Shown in pieces: positions 1 to 12,741 of a stretch of 41,480 nucleotides of DNA (its first letter is position 1; every line of letters begins with the position of its first letter). The notes under the pieces were generated by a model. That model saw nothing but the letters and a program-made list of their open reading frames with translations, searched no databases and had not been told where the DNA came from. A program made the position numbers and the translations under genes. Source of the stretch: Cercozoa sp. M6MM (Eukaryota > Protista > Endomyxa: Ascetosporea); NCBI GenBank assembly GCA_040357565.1, contig JBDODJ010000099.1. One strand, 5' to 3'.

Positions 1-185
1 GGGTACAGGGGGTAGGGAGTAAAGGGTAGGAGGTAGGGGTAGGGGTAGGGGTAGGGGGCAGGGGTACAGGGGGTAGGGAGTAAAGGGTAGGAGGTAGGGG
101 TAGGGGTAGGGGTAGGGGGCAGGGGGTAGGGGGTAGGGGTACAGGAGGTAAATGGGAGAATGGGGAGGGGGGGGGGTAAAGCTAC
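1..185. repeat. G-rich telomere-like (GGGGTA/GGGTAAA) intronic repeat with a 61-bp tandem unit
   Basis: Bases 1-60 recur exactly at 62-121; dense GGGGTA runs. Lies in an intron of the minus-strand gene (donor GTAG at 185 on the minus strand). Confidence 0.85.
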
Positions 186-896
186 AGGTGACAGCGTCCA
201 TGTCCCAGGCCGAGAGCACGAGTCGACTGAGCGACTTGCAGGACAACAAGTCGGACACGGCGTGCCGCACGAAACCGTCGAAGCGTGCGCTACCGACTCG
301 TGCCAGTGCCGCAGCTGTGATCCGCGCGGACCGTCCGTGTGGTCGCGGGCGTTGGAGAAACGCTGCCCTCGCCTCGTGCTGCTGCTGCCAGTTCGCCTGC
401 AGTCGGATCAGCTGCTTCTGTATCAACACCGATATACATTTATCTTAGTTCTATACACATGGACATGTACAATAAAAACATCTATCAGTTTACAGACAAT
501 AACATATCGTGTACATTATATATAAGTTTATATATATATATATATCTATGTATATGGATATCAAACTGGAGAATTCAACAAAGCTACAGCAGTTTCCGAG
601 TCCACAGGGATGCCAGTCGTGCCAACGTACTCGTCGTACGTAATCACTTGACCCTTCTTGCGACACCTGTCGCTCGCACGGTACACTGCCAGCGAACTCG
701 TGTTCAGCACCTGTGCGCGCTGCTTCAGCGCCACGCGCAGTGGCTCGAAACTCTCCCTAAAACAGAGCCAAACAGTGTCTGTTAATTCATCATTCTTCCT
801 GTAGTTTTAGCAAGCACCGTACCCAAGCTCAGCTTGCGACAACGAATGAATATCATACATCCCTGCCCTAACCGCCATGGGTGTCTGAACGGTGAA
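186..896 (-). CDS. Uncharacterised intron-containing gene, partial (runs off the left edge; 5' end not resolved)
   Basis: Three exons join in frame via GT-AG: FTVQTPMAVRAGMYDIHSLSQAELG|ESFEPLRVALKQRAQVLNTSSLAVYRASDRCRKKGQVITYDEYVGTTGIPVDSETA|KQLIRLQANWQQQHEARAAFLQRPRPHG...LVLSAWDMDAVT. No family recognised. Confidence 0.55.
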
Positions 897-1133
897 CTGC
901 AGACACAAGATCAAAAGCGTGCCAGCGATCAGCAAACCACCCGACTGGAACAAACCAAGCAGTGTTCTTTGCCTCATACGCATCCTTTGAATGTGTTATC
1001 TGCACTGGCGGTCTCATTACTGCTAACAATGCAGTGAACGAGCAAGCACAACAATGAAGATCTTTGTTGTCTGACGTGGAGTACAATTGTAGCAAAATTA
1101 GTGCCCTTAGCGTGTGCATAGGTGTGCTGCTAG

Positions 1134-2331
1134 GATGGAAAGATGCCCCGAACTTGTTCACGGACGAGTTTCCGGAAGCCTGGTGGTCGTATGGTCATTT
1201 AAAGATGTTCTTGGTCACTTTTACAATTGTGTGGGCTTTTTCTGGTAATGTGCAACCCTTTTGTTCTTTGATGCAAGAAGGGCAAATGCTGGAAGCAATT
1301 CCCGTGCAGATTGCTTTGTCCGGAGCTATCAATGCATGGGTTGTGCAGCCATGCTGCCTGTCTTCTTCATGCGTCAAAACGTCGTCAGTGGCAAATTCGT
1401 GGCTACTTTCCAATAAATGCGTTGGCGTTGCTCACCCTTTGCACGAAGGTCACTATTTTACGGCAGTGCTAGACAGGCAAATTAGGGAGTTGCTCCGTCA
1501 CGATTCGATGGCTTACACCCACACTGTCTCCGTGCGTCGAGTGTATCTGTCTTTCAAGGACGACATGCTTCCTTGCAGTGCATTGCAAGCAATTCTGGAC
1601 ATGAGGTACCGGAAAAGGTCATCAAGTCTGTGCGTGTACGCAGACACGAAGCGCTTGGAGCGACAACAAAGTTGAAACAACCAAGTCGAAACGCCGTTGC
1701 AAAGGCAGCGAGTACACGTATCATATCACCCTGTTCGTTTGAGTCGCTTCCGCCCTTTCTCATTGCCCGCCTTTTCCGGCACTGGTGAGGAGAACGAGTC
1801 GGCGGCTCGCGCGGCGCTAGCGCTCCTCTCGGACCAAGCGACAAGTACTTCGGAAAGGCGCGTAAGCAAACGACTCATGGAAAGACTTGAAGACAACGCG
1901 AGTATGTTCCTTTCAAAATACTAAAGAAGCTTTCGAGCGTGGTATCGTGCCTGATGAAGATTGCTTGTTCGGCATCCTCGACGAATGCGATGTCAAAAGC
2001 GGCGGCTTTGTCCAGAAGGTATGAACTTCGAGACGAGTCCTATACCACAGAAAACTACATTATACACTGAAAATTCCTGCAGTTACTGTCGATACAGTCA
2101 CGACCCGGAGCGCGACGTTCCAGTGCCTTAGAAGCACTTGCAATGCTTCGACGAGAGTTGCTCGTCCCAGCAACGCAGTTCGTCAAACTGGTCAGAGCGC
2201 GTGCCTGGCGCCTCGAAGCCGCCGCCAAGCAGCGCATTCTCGAAGCCGAAGCAAAGGACGTGCTATTATCCTCCAGAAGTGGGACCAGCAGAACCACCAG
2301 TGGTGCGGTCCTAAGTTCGTCGTCTTACTAA
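1134..2331 (+). CDS. Putative uncharacterised multi-exon gene (boundaries uncertain)
   Basis: Protein-like, GC-rich segments separated by GT..AG spacers, e.g. EENESAARAALALLSDQATSTSERR, KEAFERGIVPDEDCLFGILDECDVK, MLRRELLVPATQFVKLVRARAWRLEAAAKQRILEAEAK...*. Full model not resolved. Confidence 0.35.
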
Positions 2332-2478
2332 GCAAGATCAGTCATGACGCAGCTAGCGTAGCAAAGCGGAGATCCAATTGGAGTACTGGTAGTTTTAGTT
2401 GAGTCTTTTATGGTTCTCGGTTTCCTATTTGATGCATTAAATCATGGGTCGCGTTGGTGATTTTGCCGCTGCCGGATC

Positions 2479-3393
2479 TCAGTCTTCCATAGACTGGGTT
2501 TCCTGATGTCCAGCCGTAACCAGGTCTTTGCGAGTAGAGGGCTGCAGATAGCACCCTGAGGGGTACTGCTGTTGTATGTTGTTAGTGTCATGTCGTGTCT
2601 TCTCACTGAGATAGTTCGAGGTCGAGCGTATATATGCAACGCAGTCAGTCACGGTACTCGTCAACATCGTCGTGACGGTCTGAATGGCGCACGAGAGCGT
2701 CGAGTTCGGGCACTGTGTAGAGTTGCCGTGCCTCGTGCAGCATCTGCGGCGACACGTGGCGCGCATCATCGACACGACGCAGCAGCGCGCGGCGTCGGCG
2801 CTTCTTTTCGCTCTCTGCAGTTACATCTTCCTGAGTCATCACAAGCACGGCAACACAGGACAAGGCAAACGTGTATACCCTCAGTGGCCTGAGAGGCCTC
2901 GGATCGACCACGCTTGTGGTGTGCGCGCATCACCTGTCGCGCCAGCAGGTACAGCAACTCGCTCAGTCGGTTGTCGTCCGAGTCAAGAGAGTGCCGGGAG
3001 CGAGAGGCGTGCGACGCAGCCAGTGCCAGCGACGACAGCGCAGAGTTGCCGCTACTTGACTCGCTCGTTGCCGATGACTGTGCATGCGTCGACTCGCCCG
3101 TGAGACGCAGAATATTGGCCAAGTCACTATGTGCGCACTCCTCCTTCGTCAGTTTCGCCTGTGACGACGGTGTTCCGCGCTGTCCCGTCGGCGCCTGTCG
3201 CAGCATCTGCGCTGCGGCTTTTCTCGTCTTTTTCCAGAAAGACACAAAATACGAAAAATAGAAATGCACCATCGATCTCGTCGTGGTCGACGCGTGTTCC
3301 TCCGATGCGAGAGTCTCGTGCGCACGCCGCCGATGGCAAGCTGGCTACCTGGTGATCCAGTCCAACCCGAGTGCGTCCTCGCCGACTTGACAT
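2479..3393 (-). CDS. Uncharacterised protein, Ser-rich and basic segments
   Basis: ATG at 3393 (MSSRRGRTRVGLDHQ). Exons splice in frame to AQMLRQAPTG...DNRLSELLYLLARQVMRAHHKR, then ESEKKRRRRALLRRVDDARHVSPQMLHEARQLYTVPELDALVRH. Probable stop at 2479. Confidence 0.5.
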
Positions 3394-3926
3394 CCAACCA
3401 CTCATTTCAGGACTGAGTCTCCAATCAAACCAATGGGCACTTTGAAGACTGTCAAACAGTTTGGGCACACCTGTACACACTCAGAAATGCCTAAGTTTTT
3501 AGTACACTCAATTTTGACGGTTTTCTTTTTTGTTTTGTTCTGAGCACGTTATTATGCATGACCGATAACATTACAGAAACGTTACTATAATATTACTGCC
3601 TAACTTACCGGATGTCACTGTAACCACGGCGACGGCCGAGTTCATCACAAAAACGCGGCACTTTCCCTCTGTCGTCCTGCTCCTGCAGGTCGAGAATTCC
3701 TGGTTTAGGGTTGGAATTCATAAAAGCACACGCTGTCGCTGGTCGTGAAGATAACGTATAAAAGTATTGTGTGTCAGTGCGGCCAGAAAGTGATCAAATG
3801 GGTCACCCGGTGAAACTCCTTTTCTGATGATCACAACATGACTTGCTCCTTTTCTGTCCAGCTTTTTATATCACTTGAGCTGCTGCTTAGGACATTCAAA
3901 CTGCAAGTGTGCCCTCTTTAGCCGCC

Positions 3927-4699
3927 ATGACCGTTCTGGTATCGTTGCCGTTTTTTGTTGTTTTCTTGTTTTCCCTTTGCTCTCGGAAACTCTTCATTTT
4001 TCCAGCACTATCGCCTCCTCACCGCTGCCGTTGCGTAAGTTGTGCAATCTCCTTGGGCTAAACGTAACATCTGTACTGTAGTGCCGGCAACGTTGTCGCC
4101 CTAATTTTTGCCGTAACACACCTTGAAAAAACTGCATCCGGCGGGCGAATGAGAAAGATACTGTATGGCTTGGTTGCGTTGCACAGTGGTCGCATATCGA
4201 CGACTTGCGTCAGTGGCACAAGGACACAGAGCCGCTTGATCCGCTGAGTACAGTCATCTCTTTCAGTGGTCTCACTCATTCAGTTGATGCTGATATTTGT
4301 GTTATTTCTCTAGTCGGCGATATGCGCAAAACCGTGGCGATTCAGGCTTATGCGCTCATGCTTGGTGCTTCCGTGATGTCGATCATTGGCGTTTTGGCAC
4401 TGGGCCTGACGACTTTCGCCTTGTCCAGCGGGTTCTCCAAGGTCGGCGGCGTCGTTGGCTTTTTTGCGTATACACTGCCCCCCCCCTGTGCTTGACTCTC
4501 TGTGTGGCAACAGTACGCATGTATTTTTAGTTCGATTTGGTGGCTCGCCGCCGCGATCCACGCGGCCGACAAGTTCAGCGACTCGGACTGGGGCACTGAG
4601 CCAACTGACGTCGACTCTTTCAACAGCAGCATTGCGAATATGTTTATGGCTCTCCTGATGAGCCTGACGGGCGGCTTTGTCTACAAATCCGTGGTCTGA
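3927..4699 (+). CDS. Small four-TM membrane protein (~150 aa; MARVEL/claudin-like topology)
   Basis: GCCGCCATG start; five GT-AG introns give MTVLHYRLLTAAVAAGNVVALIFAWSHIDDLRQWHK...AYALMLGASVMSIIGVLALGLTTFAL...VGGVVGFFASIWWLAAAIHAA...SIANMFMALLMSLTGGFVYKSVV*. Four hydrophobic segments; the family label rests on topology only. Confidence 0.7.
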
Positions 4700-4804
4700 G
4701 GGCTCGGAACACTCGATGGCGCTCCAATACGACGTTGATTTTTTCCATTATTTTGAGTTTGTGTTTGATCTGTCAACTTTGGTCCCGAGCGCTTCAAAAG
4801 CTAA

Positions 4805-7800
4805 ATGACGCTGCAAGCACTAGAAGTTTTAGTGTTTCCTGTGCTCAACTGGACACAGTAGTTATCTTTGGCAGCAGCCCTGTTGTCCCAAATGCAACAG
4901 AATCTGGACAACGGACAAAACGATGAACAACTGAGCGAGCTTCTTATTGTTGCGACTTTTTCTGTGCTGGCATTCACGTCGTTGCTGACGGTGTACACCT
5001 GCCTCGTAGCGTTTCTATCTCCAGAACAGTAAAACCAGAAATTGGGTTCGGTTGTCTTGAATTTGAGGAGTTTTGTGTTGTGTGCTCGCCGACTGTAGAG
5101 GAAGCGGAAGTCGGTGTGGCCGGTCTATTTCTCGAGATGGGAACTCTTTCTGCGGCACACGCAGCGGCGGCGACAGCGACGAAGCGAAAGCAGCAGCAGC
5201 AGCAGCAGCGGTCCGGACGAGATGTACACCATGAAATCCGTCGAAAGCATAGTGGCCCACGCCGCTTTCTCTCAGCCACCCGCCGTCTCGCAAGTGTTCG
5301 AGCTTGCTTTCTTCTCGTTGTCGCACCTCGTCTTTGGGCCTGTCGTACTGGGCAAGGAATACGTCGCATGGCTCAACTCTCGGCAAGAACTCATCGAAAG
5401 CAGCAGTCCGAGCGAAACCGCCGTCAGCGAAATCGAAATGATCGAAAACACTCGAAATTTTGTCCCTCGACGGCGTCGCTCTTCGCTCGTTAGTTTGGGG
5501 TACCTTATCGATAAGGTGTTTTGTTTGTCGTGTATGTTTCTCCATTTGCAAAATGCATGAAACAGAACGTCGAAACTGGTGCGAAAAATGCGCCGATTCG
5601 CTCGCAAAACGGCCGACGCCGGCGTCTATTTTCCGTCTGTTGGACTCGTGGCTTTTCTTGTTCTACGTTGTCATATTTTCGTCGAACTGTGCATATTTTG
5701 TTGGTCCCAGGACGGAGCAGCAATGTTGCATTTCCTGAAGTTGTCGCTTTTGCTTTCAATTGGACTGCTCGTCATCAACGCCGGCGTGCTCATTCCCTCT
5801 TTTCTGACCGGTAAAAATTTGACAGTAAATATTTATAAAAGTGTGAAAATGAGTTTGCCTTCAGTTGACAGTTTAAATTTAATTCAGAAAAGGACAGGAA
5901 TAATAACGATTTGGACAAACTGTCAGTTTTGTCACTCGCAAGCGACAATGGCAGGTGCACAAGACTATAATGGGACTGAACAACTGACATGCAGTTAATG
6001 TTTGTTTTTTGTTTAGATGGTGGCTCTTCACTTTTGCGGCTTTCTCCGTCGTTCTTGTGGTGAAACTGGCTTTGCTGAAGTGTGTTGTTTCACCGAGAGT
6101 TTGCGCAACACAGACAAGTTTCGGGTTGCGGTCGTTTTGGTCGAGTTACGTCATCATGCAAAAACTGTGGATGACAGTAAATTTACATTTGGACCTTCCG
6201 TTTAATTCGCTTCCTCTGTTTGGAGTTCAATTTGTGTATGTTCGAAGAGAAAGCTGTCCGGAGAAGACGGTCCAGTGACGGGTTTGGACTTGGAAGCTTT
6301 GCTGTCGACGGTGAGTTGAGCCAGAGTTTTGATTAAGTTTAATATTAATAAATCTCTTCAATTTATGCCAGTTTGTTTCAGAGAGTGGCCCTGATTCGCG
6401 GTTTGCCAGCACGCCTGCGATCGGCCGAAGCACTCGAGCACTATCTTCACACGGTAGTGTTTGTCAAAAGTACGGTGTATCGAGTGGTTTGACTTGTTGT
6501 GGGGTCAGTGCATTCCGTGGCTGAGGGGAAGTGGAAGAATACAAAAAATCGTGGTTCTTCACAGCGCCAATCAAGTTCGGTAATTTCTCGCTCAACGTTG
6601 TACCACAAACTGAGTTTTCTCTTGCTGGCAGACATCGACTGCGTGCTCTGCAAGCAGTAGCGGAGGACATTGTGCACAAAGTGCGCAAACACAATCGAAG
6701 GCAGAAGCGTTTTCGCTGGTGCAGCCGCGAGTCGGACCAAGAAGACTCAAACCTCGAGTTTCAGACTTTTGAGATTCGACCGCTCTTAAACGAACTTTCG
6801 TCACTCGTCGATGATTTTCGTAGTTTTCATTTTCTGGTTTGCTTTATTTTGCCCTTCCTTATTTTAACGTTCGTGTTTTTCGAAGGAATCGCGCTCGAAC
6901 AGGAGGACGATGTGTTCAAAGAGAGTCCGCATGCGCAAACTGTCGCTATTCTGTGCAGTGACATGGCCACTGTAAACTGACACTTGTTCGATCTCGTACC
7001 CTTTTAGTTTATACTTTAAAATTTATAGTTTGGTCTGCCCGTGTGACAGGCAACTGCAATCGGAAACATGTGGCTTTCGCCTGAGTCGGTATACAGCTTG
7101 CTCCTACATTTACTTCACGTACAGACTCGAAACCATACTTGTAGGACCAACTGTTGACACACGCAAACGTTGCCGCTAGAGACATTGACTGGAGTCAAGT
7201 GGACGTTCCGCCTGTCGTAAACGAGAAGAAACGACGCACTTCAAACGTACACAAAATGCACTTCATTGGGTCAGTTGTTTAGAACTGAATGTGTCACTGA
7301 CAGTGCCTGTTGGCTGGAGTGATTGTTCTTTGGAGTTTCCCGGTGGCGTTTGTGCTTTCGTGGGCTCGCTTAGACCGCCTGACTGATACGTTTGGCTTCC
7401 TCGGTTTTATCAACGATGCGCCGTCTGCTGTGCGAGCGACCGTTCAGTGTAAATTTGTGTTTCCAGTTTCTCTTTTTTGTTTAAATTTATTGTCGTCAGT
7501 TTCAGCTTGTTTTGATGTTTGACGTGCAGCTTTGCTGCCCGTGCTATCGCTAACGATTCTTCTTTTCATCATCAAACGGGTACTGTAAGTTACAGTAAAG
7601 TTGCCACATAGACAGGCTTCAGGGTTGTTGTTAACTTTAGTCGATCCTGATGCGACTGGCGCGCCGGGTATTCTAGCTTTTTTGATTCTTCCATTGTTTA
7701 ATTTTTGTCTCAGGTGAGTGCGATTCGACACCAACAAAACACCTGGGCGGCCGAAGCTTTCACTGTGAATTTTGCCTTCCTGTTTTGTGCTGAGTTGGAT

Positions 7801-9528
7801 TGAAACAACTTCCGAAATTTAGTCGCTACTGTTCGTGCACGGTTTCTTGCTCTTCTTGGTGTCGGTGACCTTCTTCAACGCCTTCGAAGAGATCGAAAAG
7901 GACCCGTCGAACCTGGTGGACATCTTTGCCTCCAACGTGCCGACAGCTTGGCGAACGATGGCGTTTTTCGTGCTGGTCAAAACGGCCCTTTTGCCGCTCA
8001 AGCTGCTACGATTGAAAACTTTGTTTCAGTATTTGTTTCTGCGCGCACTTCGCAAGGGTGCTCTAGTCTCACCCCTTCGCATTACCCCGATTGGTCTACC
8101 TTTGTTGCTGCGACACAGTGGCGAAACGGCAGAACGCATCGCAGGAGTTGGGTCCACCTTTGCCGCCAGTGGTGTCGCTGATGGATGGTGTGTTTTTTGT
8201 CTTTAGTTTTCTTGTATCTTTCTCATTTTGGTGCTAAACAACACAGACGAAGGCAAAGGTGCCGACTGGTCACAGTACACGTGTCCCAACATGTGGTAGT
8301 CGGAGGTAAGATTACAGCTCTGCCTTTCTTTCAATGTGCCTTTGCTTAAAGTAGATGATACTGATAGGTGCCCGAGTGGCTACTAATTCTGCACATATCG
8401 ATTCTGTTGGCTCCGATTGCTCCGTACACTTTTCAGTGTCTACCAAAGAGGTTCAGTTGCCTCTCATACGTCTTTGGTGAGTGCAGATTGATTCTCGTGT
8501 GCAGTACGATGTACTTGTGAGTTGTTCCTCTATCCCTATTGTTCATACGTGTCAGACAGATGTACTAGTAGTATATTTTCATCACTAGTCTATATAATTA
8601 CTGTTAACATGGAAATAAAAAATGATGCACTGGTCATATATCCCGGATTATGGATGCACAGTGCGGTAGCCCTTTGTGTCATGTCGGTCGAGTTGACACA
8701 CGTGCGACTGCCGGTGCTGCCGTACGCAGGAGGCACCGTGTGGCTACACCTGGCGCTGTGCTACACGCTGTCGATGTGCTTCTCACTGGTGGTGTGGATC
8801 GTCGTGATTGCCTCGCGTGCCACCGGCCTGCTGGCGCTGCTGTCGCTCGTACTGCTCGCCTTGGCCGCCATCGCTGTCTATAGTTTGTACCCTCCACTGT
8901 CCTTCGTTTTCCTAAAGTTTCGTACATCTTATTGCCTCGGTACAGGGGCAGCGAAACCAGAGCGAGATTCGCGCGTGCGACGGAGGCCATGCCACTCGAA
9001 ATCATCGCTCGATTGGACCGCTTTCATCAGGTGAAAACTCTGCTTTTCTTGTATCCTCCTGGGTCTATGTTTACCTTAACCCCCCCCCCCCCCCCATAGA
9101 TCCTCCCGGCCAGCGAAGAGAGTGACGAGAAAGAAACAGAAGAAACGCGACTTGAACTGCCCGTGTACGAGCGACCCGACCTGCTGCTTTGGAGGGCCGT
9201 CTTGCGCGACAGTATTGCTCTGTCTTTCTGACAATATTCCAGTACTTAAATGCATTTTGCCTTGTGCTCAGTGACGATTTGGCAGCAGCGTTTCTGGGAC
9301 TACGTTCGCGAGCACGACGTCGACCAGTCGCGAGGTGCTGCTGCCACTAACTCTGAAAGAAACTCCGACCTCTCCGACTAACGACGCGCGACTCTGCAGT
9401 TGAGTTTCTCAGTGTGTAGTATATCGATCACGGCCCAGCCAAGCATCTTTGATTTATGCCAAGAATTCTTCCCAGTTGTGATCGCGCAAGAAAAAGTTGG
9501 TCATGCTCGTACTTTCCTTGCGATTTAA
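4805..9528 (+). CDS. CSC1: CSC1/OSCA/TMEM63-family calcium-permeable mechano/osmosensitive channel (one in-frame TAG at 8297-8299)
   Basis: Spliced translation has family motifs in the expected order: VGLDGAAMLHFLKL...VLIPSFLT; LDKLSVLSL...RWW; RVALIRGLPARLRS..LEHY; ARDIDWSQV; VIVLWSFPVAFV; LLPVLSL; FVHGFLLFLVS..F...IEKDPSNLVDIFASNVP; VPEWLLILHISILLAPIAPLILVCSTMYF; ELTHVRLPVLPYAGGTVW. Start codon uncertain. Confidence 0.85.
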
Positions 9529-9573
9529 GCTGAGCACGTGCACTAATTTGCGTTGTATTTTGCCGGTAAAACG

Positions 9574-10838
9574 ATGATGAACCTGACCAAGGCACTGGTG
9601 TTGCTGGGCGTTGCGGCATCGACGCTCGCTGAGAGTGTGGTCGGCTGGATGCCGTTCCCGTTCTCTCACGCCGAGCACTTTGCCGAGCACGTCGACGTGC
9701 CAATCCACCAGTTGGAGCAGCTTGTCCGTGGGTACGTATTGAGTCAAGAACAAGTTGACTTTGACCTTTGAGTTCCTTGATGTTCCCTGGGCAGAGACGA
9801 AAACCTGCCAATTTGGCCGACTGCGTTCAATTCCACCCTGATTAAAGGTAATAATCTCAGGGTGGTGTGTAGTCTGATCTAGTGTGAGTTCCTGCAGTCG
9901 GCGAGCATCACAACAACGAGATCAAGTGGGCGAAACTCTACTACGACTACGGACTTAAGCGTAACTCAACTTCAGTTTTGCTTTGTTTTTTGTTTGCGTA
10001 AATTACTATAAGCGGCATTGCTCGTATTCAAACAGGCGGCGGTGCCTCTCGATTCGACTTTTTCCACGAGTACGTCGAAGTCGATCACAACAACGAATTC
10101 CGTCCGCAATGGTTCTTTTGTTTTCTCACCTTTTCGTATAGCGTAGTGTGAGAGGAAGAGATGCATCTCGTGTTGCAGGCCAATTCGCTGCAGTATCATC
10201 TTTAACGGCTTCGATGTCTGGCACGTCGATCCGGAGAAGTGAGTTTTTGCTATCTAAAATTTAGTTTGACATAATTTAGAGATACCAATTCTTTTCCAAT
10301 GTTGGCAGGAAGCAGTGCAGTCACCGCTCGTCGAATCTGCCGTCTGTGAACCCGGCCTTTGTGCTGCTGCTGGGTTTGTTCTCTCAGTTTCGTTCGTTTC
10401 TGTGTCACATAATAATATCCAAGTAACTTTTGTAGGTGCCGTTGAAGCTGGCGAATACAACTTCCGCGGTGTCAAGGCTTCGCGATGGCGCTACACTGTG
10501 CGTTGACACTTTCCACTTTAGCACAACGATGGTGATGATTTGACAACCATAGGACCCGGACGTTCCGTCACACCAAACGGCCTACTTTGCTCTGCGAAAC
10601 GACAACTCGATTCCGCTGCGTTCCATGAACCAGGTCAACGATCCAGGTACAGGATAAAGTACTCGAAGCTTGTTTTATTGTGTTTGCTGCTTTGAGCTTG
10701 AGGTCTGTCTTTGTGTCTCAACTCAACTCAGGTGCCACCGACTACGTTGATGTATACGTGGGTCCGCAAGACGAGTCCACCTTTGACATTCCCGACTACT
10801 GCTTCACGAACCCACAAATTCCAAGCTTTTGCGACTGA
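9574..10838 (+). CDS. Secreted ependymin-related / LolA-fold (At4g14100-like) protein
   Basis: Signal peptide MMNLTKALVLLGVAASTLA; motifs PIWPTAFNSTL, KLYYDY...SRFD, Cys after HVDPEKKQ, and C-terminal FDIPDYCF. Eight GT-AG introns; TGA at 10836-10838. Confidence 0.7.
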
Positions 10839-11429
10839 AGCGAGGCTCTCGTCTCTGGAGTCCCTCGCCTGCAGGCGGTACCGTACGGTAGCGAACGACG
10901 CGGATTGATTCGTGTTGATACAGCATATCGATATCGTATCGTATAGACGAGCACACTTTCCACCGTCGAGTAAAGTGCAGCGCAGTATAGCCCGTCCCCG
11001 CCCGAGTGCCTCAGCCGACGCGAGCCTACCGATCATCACCGATCATCGCATCAATTCGACTGCCTAACAAGAGACTGAAATCTATAATGCTCAGCTCAGT
11101 TCGGTTCAGTTCTGTCTGTCAGTTGCGTTGCGTCACGTCAGTTCGAATTTCGATTCACTCACGCGCAAAGAGGCTGGGTGCTTTGACTTAAAGTCGTCAC
11201 AGCCATAAATTTACAAGGCGCGCCATTGGCGCACTCGGTCCAGTGATCGACGCCTTCGAATTCGTTCGTGCGAAGTTATTTGGTTTTCTTCCAGTTATCC
11301 GAACCTGGGGCAAAAACTAAAATCCGACTTGGATTCCTTGCCTGAATCGGATTGGGCTTAAGTGCAATAAGGCACTGCACTGTATTTCAACGGCAATTTG
11401 ACACATCTATCCAGCACTGGCAAAGTTGC

Positions 11430-12741
11430 ATGCTGATGTTGGGGGAGCTACGACTCGTTTTGCCGTCGGCGAAAGAGCCACTAGTAGCTCCTGATTCTTC
11501 ACCAACAGCTCCGACTCAGGTCAGTATGCAGCTACAGAACTCATCTCAGCCAATACTGAGTTCAAACTCTGTTTCGACCGATCCCGAGGACAAAGTGGCG
11601 AGTGACTTCTCGAATCGTGCAGACGAAGAGGACAGCGAAAGTGACGAAAAGGAGCAGGCGGATCGACTGGTGGCGAAACGTGTGTTCCGAGAACGTGCAC
11701 TGGCTTTGATGCGACTCAAGCAGTTTAGCCAAGCGGCCGACTTGCTGCAACTGGCGACAGATCCGTTGTTTGATGGAACAGAGTTCGACACCACATGTGC
11801 CGAGTTGACTGCCTTCTGTCTACTGCAGCAGCAGCAATGGTCGCGAGCAGTGCGAGTTCTAAACGACATCGTCGAAGTGCGTCCAACTTCGAAATCTCGT
11901 CTGCGTCGTGGCTTTGCGCAGTTGCAGTTGCTGCTCGAAACAGCTTCTGCCGGTGCTTGCAGCGAAACAGCGAAACGAGCAAAGGCCGATTTCGAGTGGG
12001 TGCTCCAGCAACCGCGAACACCGGAGAACACGCGCTTCTTCGCCAAGGCGCAAAAACACCTCAAAACACTCGGTCGAATCGAAATTGACCACACGAAACA
12101 AGTCATTGAGAAACTCGACTTCAACAATGCCGATTTGACGGAGGTAAACTTGTTTCAGTCACACGCTTGTTATCCTGTTTCAAACTTCGCTTCTCCAGTG
12201 GAACTCGGCTCTCGAGATAGTACGAATTGCGCAAAGCAGTCTCGACTGGACAATGTGCTGGCAGGCACTGTTTGCCGTGCGCACACTTCTCCGACGGTAC
12301 CAGACTCTTTTGTACTGTTGGTATGGTACTAGCCAGTCCAGTAGTGTTAGCGTCGGAGAACCGCAAAGTGTCGACGTGGCACACTTGTGGACAGCGTCGC
12401 TGATACGCTTCGTGTGCTGCACACTGTGTGGTGTGAGTGAGAGTGCCACGTGGAAACGATGGACGCCGCCGCAGGAAGGTCGCAACACGCGGCGTCTCGT
12501 GTTTCGCTGCGTCGCCGACTGCATCGCTCTGCTGGCCGCGCAAGCGAACTTTCGTGCAACTGTGCGCTTCGACTTTGCTTCGGTACATTCAGTATAGTGC
12601 CGGCTAGTCTGAACTATCAAACGAAAAACTGGACAGAGTCTCGTGCTGCGACTGCGTCGGCTTTGCCTATTAGAGGACGTTTCCCAACACCTTGCCAACG
12701 AGACACGCGAACTGGTACTGCAGGTGTGCGGCGGCAACTAA
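11430..12741 (+). CDS. TPR-repeat protein, possibly with an RPAP3-like C-terminal domain
   Basis: TPR-like helices FRERALALMRLKQFSQAADLL, TAFCLLQQQQWSRAVRVLNDIVEVRPTSKSRLRRGFAQLQL, RAKADFEWVLQQP. Splices at 12144 to WNSALEIVRIAQ...IALLAAQANFRATVRFDFAS; TAA at 12739-12741. Start codon uncertain. Confidence 0.65.

Noticed and set aside
1-185. True chromosome telomere at the window start
   Set aside because: Repeat is degenerate, G-rich on the plus strand (wrong polarity for a left end) and begins at a splice donor of a gene.
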